64,000 bases of DNA. Source: Gammaproteobacteria bacterium (GTDB taxonomy: Bacteria; Pseudomonadota; Gammaproteobacteria; Steroidobacterales; Woeseiaceae). Location: positions 122,003 through 186,002 of the forward strand of contig JAHZJK010000024.1 in NCBI GenBank assembly GCA_022600955.1, read 5' to 3'. The notes beneath the pieces were generated by a model. That model searched no databases and had not been told where the DNA came from. It worked only from the letters and a program-made list of their open reading frames with translations. Shown piece after piece: positions 19,621-27,566 of the stretch. Every line of letters starts with the position of its first letter. The stretch's first letter is position 1. The translations under genes and the position numbers were made by a program.

Positions 19621-21037
19621 AGTGCTTCCCGCTGATGGTCAATCGAAAATGGGCGCCGTCCTTGCACGGCAGCGATTCAATAACGCCGGCGTGTTGCTTG
19701 GCGTACTCCTGCGCTATGGCTAAGCCCATGCCGGCGCCGGCAACGACCGTGTCACCCGATCGGGATCCTGTGTAAAACCAGTCGAACAGGTAAGGTGCGT
19801 CTTCACTATCGACACCGTCGCCGCTATCGACAACGTCGAGCACGATGCCAGTGTCATTGCCGTTCAGTCCGATATTGATAGTCCCGCCAGCCGGTGTATG
19901 TTTGGCGGCATTCGACAACAAATTATCAACGATTACCCGAAGTCGCTTTGCGTTGCCGTCAAACAGTACTGCCGATAGGTCAGAGGTCAGTACAACCTGT
20001 CGTGCCGACAGAATGGGATAGTGTTTGTCGGCGACGTCTTGTACAAGCCGGTGAAATTGTATTGTTTCGGTGGGTTGCTCAGGATCGAGGTCGCCATCAG
20101 CACCATAGCGTAATAACTGTTCTATCATCTTCTGTAAGCGGACACTGTTGTCCTGCAAGATACGAGCGATCGTGTTTTGCTCTGAATCGACTCCGTCGAT
20201 GACAAGCAACTCAGCTCCTTCCCGAATGTTTGTTAATGGAGTCTTTAGTTCATGCGACACGTTGCGCAGGAACTGCGCTTTCTGGGCTTCCAGCTCAAGC
20301 AGGCGAATCCGCAGCGCATCCAGGCGCAGACCCATCTCCTCGAGGTCACTTGAGCCACTGACGCGTATCGAGTCACTCAACGATCCGCGACCCAGTGAAC
20401 GAATGCCCTTATCGATCTGGCTCAAGGGTCGGGCAATCAAGGAACCAAAAAGCAGTGCGAGACCGACGGAAAGCGGAATTACCCAGCTTGCCTGGCTCAT
20501 CAGTAAGCGCTGTAGTCCGTCAGCCTGCTCCGGTAACGAGTTTCCCAGGTCCCGGACGAAGCCGTTGTGAGCCTGCACGACCCGCATTACCGCGTCGCGC
20601 AAGTTGGCAAACGCGAGTTCCAGCGCCGTTGAGGTAGCAGTGCCCGAGCCTACTTCCAAAACGACTTGATGCGCCCTTCGTTCAGAGTGCAGGGCTCGTT
20701 CCAAAAGAGGTTGCAGATCAGAGTACTCGTTGTTCTCCAGCAGACGATCAAACATCACGCGAACGTCAGCGCGGTGTTCCTCATACAGGTCACGGTACGA
20801 ATCGTCGGCCAATGCATGGTATTGACGCGCCGTACGTTCGAGTTCGGTAATTCGGTCCGCTAACGCTCGACTCGAGCTTGCGGTTTGCTGCACTGAGACC
20901 AGCGCTACTCGGCCCTCCGTCGCGAACGCATCGACCCGGACAATTGCTGTCGCTATCGCACCAATGAGTGGCAGAGCGACGACCACGAAGCCCATCGAGA
21001 TGATCGGCATCAAGGCTGTTGGTCGAAATCGCCGCAT
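19607..21037 (-). CDS. Sensor histidine kinase (two TM, HAMP, HisKA, HATPase_c)
   Basis: H-box SHELKTPLTNI, N-box NLLSNAAKHT, G-boxes DSGDGV and GAGMGLAI. Start MRRFRPT at 21037 (the track ORF is extended to 21205). Confidence 0.9.
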   Translation of the reverse strand: MRRFRPTALMPIISMGFVVVALPLIGAIATAIVRVDAFATEGRVALVSVQQTASSSRALADRITELERTARQYHALADDSYRDLYEEHRADVRVMFDRLLENNEYSDLQPLLERALHSERRAHQVVLEVGSGTATSTALELAFANLRDAVMRVVQAHNGFVRDLGNSLPEQADGLQRLLMSQASWVIPLSVGLALLFGSLIARPLSQIDKGIRSLGRGSLSDSIRVSGSSDLEEMGLRLDALRIRLLELEAQKAQFLRNVSHELKTPLTNIREGAELLVIDGVDSEQNTIARILQDNSVRLQKMIEQLLRYGADGDLDPEQPTETIQFHRLVQDVADKHYPILSARQVVLTSDLSAVLFDGNAKRLRVIVDNLLSNAAKHTPAGGTINIGLNGNDTGIVLDVVDSGDGVDSEDAPYLFDWFYTGSRSGDTVVAGAGMGLAIAQEYAKQHAGVIESLPCKDGAHFRLTISGKHYAQA

Positions 21038-21083
21038 ACAGTATCTCCGCTTGGCACCGTCACACAGAATTTGCACGGTAAAA

Positions 21084-21195
21084 GTGTTGCCTTCTGGTCG
21101 CGCCTGACCAACATCGCGTTTGGCCTTGTATGAGACTGTTTTGACCGCTGAATCGCCGTCAAAGTCCCCTCGATTGTGTTGCCGAACAGCAACAC
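21084..21195 (+). promoter_or_regulatory. Candidate enhancer (UAS) sites for the sigma-54 regulator
   Basis: GTGTTGCC occurs at 21084-21091 and 21176-21183. The second forms a perfect palindrome, GTGTTGC-cgaaca-GCAACAC (21176-21195), 66-85 nt upstream of the -24 element. Confidence 0.45.
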
Positions 21196-21260
21196 TCGTG
21201 GGCATCGGAAAAAAGTGCCGAAGTACCGCAACGACCTGTTTTGGCTACACTTATGGAAGT

Positions 21261-21276
21261 TGGCATCGAAACTGCA
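21261..21276 (+). promoter_or_regulatory. Sigma-54 (-24/-12) promoter upstream of the EF-hand gene
   Basis: TGGCATcgaaaCTGCA has GG (21262-21263) and GC (21274-21275) separated by exactly 10 nt, against the consensus TGGCAC-N5-TTGCA. It lies 65 nt upstream of ATG 21341 and next to a sigma-54-dependent regulator operon. Confidence 0.65.
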
Positions 21277-21340
21277 ATCTTCCTGGTAAGCGCTCGAGTG
21301 GCGCGAGAGTTGATTCAAAACCCTACCAAGGAGAACCACC

Positions 21341-21598
21341 ATGATCTCGAAGAAAAACAGTTTGATACCAGCCGCCATTGGCCTGGTCAGTTTCCTGACG
21401 TTCGCAGCTCACGCACAACAGTCGGCGCAAACGGGCTACGCTGATGGTCCGGCGTTCGCGGAACTCGACCAGAACGAGGATGGTGTTATCACGGAAGCAG
21501 AGGCGCGTGGCACGTCACTTGAGGCGGCGTTTTCAGCCGTCGATGCAAATGGAGACGGTTACATCACGAAAACCGAGTATGAGGAAGCAACCAGGTAA
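21341..21598 (+). CDS. Small periplasmic EF-hand pair protein
   Basis: Signal peptide (AAIGLVSFLTFAAHA/QQ). Two canonical 12-residue loops, DQNEDGVITEAE and DANGDGYITKTE. RBS AAGGAGAA upstream of the ATG. Confidence 0.85.
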   Translation: MISKKNSLIPAAIGLVSFLTFAAHAQQSAQTGYADGPAFAELDQNEDGVITEAEARGTSLEAAFSAVDANGDGYITKTEYEEATR

Positions 21599-21635
21599 CT
21601 CCCGCGACGCAAACTGTCTTGTTTTCTCACCACGC

Positions 21636-21667
21636 GGAGTACGTCGGCAACGGCGTACTCCGTTTTA
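21636..21667 (+). terminator. Rho-independent terminator after the EF-hand gene
   Basis: GGAGTACG-tcggcaacgg-CGTACTCC followed by GTTTTA. Confidence 0.75.
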
Positions 21668-21740
21668 CGAACGCAAATGCGGTGCAGAGTGAGCAATAGC
21701 ATGATTGACTGGAGCCACGTTAATCGCAAATACTCCACTC

Positions 21741-23531
21741 ATGAACGCAACTCCCAAAAAACTTCTGACCGAAGTCTTCGGCTACCCCGAGTTCAGAGGT
21801 GAACAACAAGCAATCATTGCAGCTGCTCTAACGGGTAGCGACTCACTCGTATTGATGCCTACCGGTGGTGGCAAATCATTGTGCTACCAGATACCTGCCA
21901 TGCTCCGGGAAGGGACCGGGCTGGTCATTTCCCCTTTGATCGCATTGATGCAAGACCAGGTCACGGCGCTTGGCGAACTCGGCATCGAAGCGGCGTTTTT
22001 GAATTCCAGCCAGTCGCCCGATGAAAGACAGAGCGTCATGGCACGCCTTCGAGAGGGTGAGTTGCAGCTTTTGTATGTGGCGCCAGAACGCCTGGCGACG
22101 GGGCACACCCGATCCTTGCTGAGCGATGTACCTCTTTCAATAATCGCGATCGATGAGGCACACTGCGTATCGCAATGGGGTCACGATTTTCGCCACGATT
22201 ACCTGACGCTCGGCGAACTCGGCTCCCTGTTCCCCGGCGTACCGAGAATGGCGGTGACAGCGACGGCAACGGACAGGACCCGAAAAGAAATCGTTGCGCG
22301 ACTGGAGCTTGCCGATCCGGACATCTTTGTGGCGCCATTCGATCGACCGAATATCGCTTATGCGGTTCAGGCGAAGACCGATCCGAAACGACAGCTGTTG
22401 AAGTTTCTTCAGGTCCATCGAAACGACGCCGGCATCATCTATTGCCTGTCGCGAAAGAAAACGGAGAGTATCGCAACCTGGTTGTGCCAGCAGGGCTTTG
22501 ACGCACTGCCTTATCATGCAGGTCTGGCCACAGAGGTGCGGCAAGAAAATCAACGCCGTTTTCTTGCTGAAGACGGGCTAATCATTGTTGCTACCATCGC
22601 GTTCGGCATGGGCATCGACAAGCCGGACGTTCGCTTCGTCGTGCATCTCGATCTGCCCAAAAGCATGGAGTCCTACTACCAGGAAACCGGTCGAGCGGGC
22701 CGTGACGGCGAAGCGGCGGATGCCTGGATGGTCTATGGCATGCAAGACGTTGTTCGCCTGCGGCAAATGCTCACTGAATCCGACGCCGGTGACGATTTCA
22801 AGCGCCATGAAGGTGTGAAACTCGACGCGCTCCTGGGCTGGTGTGAGGGCACGGGTTGCCGGCGCCGGCCATTGCTTGAGTACTTCGGCGACGCCCTGAT
22901 TGAAGACTGCGGTAACTGTGACGGTTGCCTTGCACCGGCGAGTACCTGGGACGCGACAGAAGCGGCGCGAAAACTCCTCTCAGCCGTCTATCGAACCGAG
23001 CAACGTTTCGGCGCGGCGCACCTTGTCGACGTTCTGCTGGGCAAAGAAACGGACAAGATCCGGCAGCACGGGCATGATCGGCTCAGCGTCTTCGGAATCG
23101 GAGCAGGGCTTCCCGCGAGCACCTGGCGTTCAGTCGCACGCCAGCTAATCGTCGCGGGCCACTTGCGTTCCGATGCAGAACGATTTGGTGCGCTGGTTCT
23201 AACGTCCACCAGCCGTGCTGTTCTCCGAGGCGATACACCCCTGCGTTTTCGTGAAGATCCAAAAGGTCCCGTGGCGACAGCAAGAAGATCCGCTCGAGAG
23301 CAGGTCGTCGCTGTAGAAGACCAGGAGCTGTGGGACGCGTTGCGTGCGTGTCGGCAGTCTTTTGCGAACGAGAATGATGTTCCGGCGTACGTCATCTTTC
23401 ACGACAAGACATTGCACGAGATGTTGAATCATCGCCCGCAGACCGAAGCTGAGTTGCTGGATATCAGCGGTGTAGGCCAGACGAAACTGGATCGTTATGG
23501 CGAGGAGTTCCTGTCAGTGCTTCGTGGCTGA
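21741..23531 (+). CDS. recQ: ATP-dependent DNA helicase RecQ
   Basis: FGYPEFRGEQQAII, PTGGGKSLCYQIPA, DEAH box IAIDEAHCVSQWGHDFR, zinc motif CGNCDGC, C-terminal HRDC. ATG 21741 gives a typical N-terminus. Confidence 0.95.
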   Translation: MNATPKKLLTEVFGYPEFRGEQQAIIAAALTGSDSLVLMPTGGGKSLCYQIPAMLREGTGLVISPLIALMQDQVTALGELGIEAAFLNSSQSPDERQSVMARLREGELQLLYVAPERLATGHTRSLLSDVPLSIIAIDEAHCVSQWGHDFRHDYLTLGELGSLFPGVPRMAVTATATDRTRKEIVARLELADPDIFVAPFDRPNIAYAVQAKTDPKRQLLKFLQVHRNDAGIIYCLSRKKTESIATWLCQQGFDALPYHAGLATEVRQENQRRFLAEDGLIIVATIAFGMGIDKPDVRFVVHLDLPKSMESYYQETGRAGRDGEAADAWMVYGMQDVVRLRQMLTESDAGDDFKRHEGVKLDALLGWCEGTGCRRRPLLEYFGDALIEDCGNCDGCLAPASTWDATEAARKLLSAVYRTEQRFGAAHLVDVLLGKETDKIRQHGHDRLSVFGIGAGLPASTWRSVARQLIVAGHLRSDAERFGALVLTSTSRAVLRGDTPLRFREDPKGPVATARRSAREQVVAVEDQELWDALRACRQSFANENDVPAYVIFHDKTLHEMLNHRPQTEAELLDISGVGQTKLDRYGEEFLSVLRG

Positions 23532-24094
23532 TCGCGAGCACACTTTTTCAGAAATTCTGTCGCCGCTTCTATCGCCACCAGGAAATCTTCAGACGTATCA
23601 AAGTAAGACAAGTCGTGTTTTTCGCATTCGTCTTTGATCATCTTGCTATGAGCGATCATGTTTCCAATATGATCTCTGATGTACTCGTCTGATTCCTTGT
23701 TTAGCCAGTCGTTTCCCCCATCGTTATGTTGCTTAACCAGCGCAAGCTTGTTCTCGACGCTGATTGCGGTGTATCCGACAAACACAGCCCTGATCGTGTC
23801 AGGGTGTTTTTCCACTAAACCAGCGACCAACTCAGGCAGCATCGCTTCGCCTTCAATCACGTAATCGATGCGATCACCGAGCAAACTGTCGATCATGCCG
23901 AGCAAGAAAGACCACATTTTTTCGGCGATTTCGTTTGGCCACAGCAGATGATGAATGCCGTATTCGGGTATCCCGTGATTAAACCCCATCATCAACCAGT
24001 CAAGAGACAGGTAAGGAATCCGCCTGTCCGCTAGGAGTTTTTTGGCGATGAGTGTCTTTCCGGACCTGGAGGTTCCACTGACAAGGTATAGCAT
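23495..24094 (-). CDS. P-loop NTPase / small-molecule-kinase-like protein, low GC
   Basis: Walker A at the N-terminus (MLYLVSGTSRSGKTLIAKKL). More AT-rich than its neighbours. The 3' end overlaps the recQ 3' end by 37 nt (convergent). Confidence 0.7.
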   Translation of the reverse strand: MLYLVSGTSRSGKTLIAKKLLADRRIPYLSLDWLMMGFNHGIPEYGIHHLLWPNEIAEKMWSFLLGMIDSLLGDRIDYVIEGEAMLPELVAGLVEKHPDTIRAVFVGYTAISVENKLALVKQHNDGGNDWLNKESDEYIRDHIGNMIAHSKMIKDECEKHDLSYFDTSEDFLVAIEAATEFLKKCARDQPRSTDRNSSP

Positions 24095-24173
24095 GTCACC
24101 CAGCAACTATTTGAAGATAGAAGATTCTATCGCATCGAGTTTGTTGCTGTGTCAGTGGTTGCGCGGCCGACCG

Positions 24174-24518
24174 CTAGCTAACGATCAAGTACACCTTTCG
24201 GACTGTCTCGACGACCTCAGCCGTGCCTTTCCATCCCTTCGGAAACGTCCAGCTGTCACCGGCCTTGATCTCGGTTACCTGGCCTGACTCGGATGTCAGA
24301 ATCCAGTGTCCCGTAAGCAAGTGGCAGAACTCAGTGATGTCGAGATCCAGCTGCAATTTGCCGGGTTCACATTCCCAGGTGCCCGCAGTGAGGTTACCTT
24401 CCTCAAAGAAGCCCGAGTCGGTCTGTTTGGGAAGGTCACCGATGGGTACGCCAAAAGATTCGCAGTCGATCAGATCTGTGAGTGCTGCGCATTGGTGTTG
24501 AACACTAATTTCCGGCAT
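24174..24518 (-). CDS. Cupin-fold protein (DUF861/cupin_3-like)
   Basis: 114 aa. The pattern GTWECEPGK...FCHLLTGHWILT...GDSWTFPKGWKG is typical of small EutQ/DUF861 cupins. Confidence 0.7.
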   Translation of the reverse strand: MPEISVQHQCAALTDLIDCESFGVPIGDLPKQTDSGFFEEGNLTAGTWECEPGKLQLDLDITEFCHLLTGHWILTSESGQVTEIKAGDSWTFPKGWKGTAEVVETVRKVYLIVS

Positions 24519-24575
24519 CGACTATCTCCAAACCAGGATGTTGATACGGGCCCGGGTACGGGCTGTCGTATTGTC

Positions 24576-24600
24576 GATGCCAGCAGGGCCTGCTGGCATC
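24576..24600. repeat. Perfect 12-bp-arm palindrome in the DUF2797/cupin intergenic region
   Basis: GATGCCAGCAGG-g-CCTGCTGGCATC, with no flanking T-tract on either strand. Preceded by the direct repeat TACGGGC x2 (24545-24563). Confidence 0.5.
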
Positions 24601-24637
24601 TGCGCCTATAGGGGTCTGAATTCTCGCCTTCGCGAAA

Positions 24638-25450
24638 TTACGACATCGTCACGCGGTAGCCGTTGTGCTTTCGAATGTTCAGTACGCGGTTGTCGTCGAA
24701 TATCAGGTACTGCCCCTTGATACCGGCGAGGCGGCCCTCAATCTCCGGCTGCTTGTCGAAGCCAACGCTCTTCACTTTTTCCGGGTAGCGGTCAACGGGA
24801 TACTCGATTGAACAAACGGTGTCGTCGGTGTCGACGTATTGCTGCAAGTCTGCATCAATTGAACTCGTCAACGATGCTTTTGTGGCAACGATGTCTGCGT
24901 CGATCACCTCGTTCTTCAACATGCGTTGCCAGTTTGTCCGGTCGGTCAGGTGCGCTTTCATGGCAACCTCAACGAGGCCGGCCGTGTAGCGATTGGGGAC
25001 GCGAGCAAAAACGATGGCATCAGTGGCACCCTGGTCAATCCAGCGCGTCGGCATCTGTGTGGCCCGCGTGATGCCCACTTTGATCGCGGAGCTCCTCGCC
25101 AGGTAGACGATTTGCTCGACCAGGCAGTTTTTCTCGGCCCAAGCCATGTCACGCGCTTCTCCTTCGTGCGCAAGGCAGAGTTCCGGGCGGATGATGCATT
25201 CGCTGGCCTCCGGCGCATTCCGAAAGCACGGGTAGCAGAATCCTTGAGCGAACGACTTATTCGTGAGTCGGTCACAGGCAATACAGTTGATTGTGCCGTC
25301 GAAACTGAGCTTGATGGTCTCGCCAATCTTCGCGTTCATATCGACCGGAGTGCCATCCAGCATCAGCGTGTATTGGGCGATGTTCTCGAGGCTTGTCTGC
25401 ATTTTCCGCAGGTTACCGGAAAGGGGTGTATTGGCGGTCATAGGGTTCAC
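24638..25450 (-). CDS. DUF2797-like protein
   Basis: 270 aa with a Cys cluster (CIACDR...CYPCF). Overall resemblance to the DUF2797 family as I recall it. Confidence 0.7.
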   Translation of the reverse strand: MNPMTANTPLSGNLRKMQTSLENIAQYTLMLDGTPVDMNAKIGETIKLSFDGTINCIACDRLTNKSFAQGFCYPCFRNAPEASECIIRPELCLAHEGEARDMAWAEKNCLVEQIVYLARSSAIKVGITRATQMPTRWIDQGATDAIVFARVPNRYTAGLVEVAMKAHLTDRTNWQRMLKNEVIDADIVATKASLTSSIDADLQQYVDTDDTVCSIEYPVDRYPEKVKSVGFDKQPEIEGRLAGIKGQYLIFDDNRVLNIRKHNGYRVTMS

Positions 25451-25504
25451 TATTTACTTAGTACCGTATAATGATACGCGGTCCATACACTTTCGAGAAC
25501 AACA

Positions 25505-26278
25505 ATGAGCCAGACACGAGCGCTCCTGCAATCACTCAAGAAATGCCTGCATTCGCGCGGACTGACTTATCGGGACGTGGCCGTTGCGCTGGACATCAGC
25601 GAGGCTAGTGTGAAACGCATTTTTTCTGAACAAACGTTCTCTTTGCAGCGGCTCGAGGATGTCTGTCGGTTTCTCGATATGAGCTTTTATGATCTTGCCC
25701 GTATGGCGAGGCTTGGTAGCGAAGATGAAATTACCCAGCTCACGCTTGCACAGGAACGGGGACTCGCGAAGGACCCATTGGTGCTGACCTACTTCTATCT
25801 GTTGTTGACCGGCCGCACGCCCGGGAAGATCGCGAAAGAGTTTGGTCTGGACGCTCAGCAACAGACGACCATGCTGGTTCGCCTGAGCAGGCTCAAGCTG
25901 ATAGAACTGCTGCCGAAGAACAACGGACGTTTGCTAACCAGCCGTCGTATCGACTGGCGCCGTGATGGACCGATTCGAAAGCTGTATCAGCGGCAGGTGC
26001 AGCAGGCATTCATGGATTCTGACTTCGATAGCGGTAATGAAGTGTTTCGGTTTGACACCGGGGAGCTGTCTGCGGCTTCGGTGAGCGTACTGACCAAGAA
26101 GTTTGAGAAACTCTCGCAGGACTTCGATGAGTTTGCAGAACTCGATATCAGCACCCCGGTGGCGAAGAAAAAGGCCTATGGAATGATGGTAAGTTTTCGG
26201 CCGTGGACTTTTTGGCAAATACTCGAGAGCACGGCGAACGACATGGGCTTGAATGCCGAGCGAAGTCAGGCGCAATGA
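25505..26278 (+). CDS. HTH (XRE-like) transcriptional regulator with unassigned C-terminal domain
   Basis: N-terminal HTH LTYRDVAVALDISEASVKRIFSEQTFSLQRLEDV. The stop overlaps the next gene's start (ATGA at 26275). Confidence 0.75.
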   Translation: MSQTRALLQSLKKCLHSRGLTYRDVAVALDISEASVKRIFSEQTFSLQRLEDVCRFLDMSFYDLARMARLGSEDEITQLTLAQERGLAKDPLVLTYFYLLLTGRTPGKIAKEFGLDAQQQTTMLVRLSRLKLIELLPKNNGRLLTSRRIDWRRDGPIRKLYQRQVQQAFMDSDFDSGNEVFRFDTGELSAASVSVLTKKFEKLSQDFDEFAELDISTPVAKKKAYGMMVSFRPWTFWQILESTANDMGLNAERSQAQ

Positions 26279-26961
26279 CGGTGCGATATTTCATCCTGTT
26301 TGCGATATGCATTATTTGTGCGGCCGCTTGTACGCCGACGCATAACGTCAAGCCCTTGCCGAACTTCGTAAATTCCGGACTAGAAGCCGGTGATCGGGTC
26401 ACGATTACAACGCATGACGACCAGGAGCATGAATTCGTTATCACCGAAATTCGCGGCGATGTTCTGCTGGGCGATGACGCGGCGTTCGCACTGCGGGACA
26501 TTGCATCGATTCAGAAGCATGCCTGGAGGCGCCCCGAATCTCCCTGCGGCGGAGAGAAGCCTCTGGGCTGCTCATTGCCTTTGCTCGTCAGTCTTGCCAG
26601 CGAGTTGCACAGTCACTATCGCGAAGAATTCTATGACGCGTGTGCGCAGCACGACTACTGCTATCGTCATGGCTTCGCCAGCTACGGGATCGATAGAAAA
26701 AGCTGCGACGATAACTTCTTGCTGGACATGCAAAATTCCTGTCCAGATAAAAAGAGTAGCGGCCTGGGTAAGCTATTCGAGACATTCGATGGATCCATCC
26801 AGTCGAGAAGGAGTTGCCTGTCTGTCGCGGACGATTTCTACGCAGCGGTGCGTCGCTACGGTGAGGAGAAGTACACCACGACGACGAGCACCTATTGTGA
26901 ATACAACGGGCCGCCGCTTGGCGCAGGCCTATCACCCGGCCAGGCGCTGAACTCGAAATAG
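26275..26961 (+). CDS. Lipoprotein with C-terminal prokaryotic phospholipase A2-like domain
   Basis: Lipobox ICAAAC. ACAQHDYCYRHG (His-Asp at 26650-26655), then DDNFLLDMQNSC and SCLSVADDFYAAVRRYG. These line up with the ACARHDFGYRN ... FYEDMKRVC ... YYQAVKIFG layout of Streptomyces-type secreted PLA2. Confidence 0.75.
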   Translation: MTVRYFILFAICIICAAACTPTHNVKPLPNFVNSGLEAGDRVTITTHDDQEHEFVITEIRGDVLLGDDAAFALRDIASIQKHAWRRPESPCGGEKPLGCSLPLLVSLASELHSHYREEFYDACAQHDYCYRHGFASYGIDRKSCDDNFLLDMQNSCPDKKSSGLGKLFETFDGSIQSRRSCLSVADDFYAAVRRYGEEKYTTTTSTYCEYNGPPLGAGLSPGQALNSK

Positions 26962-27072
26962 TCTTGCTTGCAGACATGTGAAGTATCGTATTTCGATACT
27001 TTTTCAATTGATATTGAATATTGGATTGAGCGACTTACGCTGTGCTTCTCGATTGCTACAGGAGCACGAACG

Positions 27073-27435
27073 ATGAACACCCGATTTCCATTGATTCTTC
27101 TATTTTCGATACTTGCTACAGGTTGTGTCGCAGCACCACTGTTGTCACCCGACGCTGGCCAGGTTCTCGTCACACGCAACGTACCCGCGGAGGACTGCGT
27201 TTTCGTTGGCGAAGTGCTCGGTAGCCAGGGAAATTTCTGGACGGCTGAGTTCACCAGCGACGAAGATCTGATTCGCGGTGCCCGCAACCGCATGCGTGAC
27301 AAGGCATACAATCTTGGCGCGAATTTCGTGCAGATCGAGATGGAGAACCAGAGTCAGAATACGGCAGACGAGTCTCTGGGCGGTGTCTTCAGCTCGGTCA
27401 TCATCGGCAATGCCTACGCGTGCCCGAAAGTATAG
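27073..27435 (+). CDS. Small lipoprotein (DUF4156-like)
   Basis: GGAG RBS at 27061 and ATG at 27073. Lipobox ILATGC. About 120 aa. Confidence 0.7.
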   Translation: MNTRFPLILLFSILATGCVAAPLLSPDAGQVLVTRNVPAEDCVFVGEVLGSQGNFWTAEFTSDEDLIRGARNRMRDKAYNLGANFVQIEMENQSQNTADESLGGVFSSVIIGNAYACPKV

Positions 27436-27494
27436 TGGAGAGCTGCAGCATGGTAGCCAGGCGGAGGAACTGCGTTCGCTTGATCGCCACATTT

Positions 27495-27536
27495 CTGCTC
27501 CGGGCCTTCCGTGGCCCGGAGCAGAGGAGAGTTTTT
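27495..27536 (+). terminator. Strong hairpin, probable terminator of the DUF4156 gene (between convergent genes)
   Basis: CTGCTCCGGGCC-ttccgt-GGCCCGGAGCAG (12-bp perfect stem) followed by aggagaGTTTTT. Confidence 0.6.
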
Positions 27537-27566
27537 CCTCAATAACGCAATCGGCAATGACTTCGC

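Noticed and set aside
21051-21076. TTGGCAC ... TTGCA sigma-54-like sequence upstream of the kinase start.
   Set aside because: The GG and GC elements are separated by 18 nt rather than 10, which is incompatible with sigma-54 binding. The properly spaced site is at 21261-21276.
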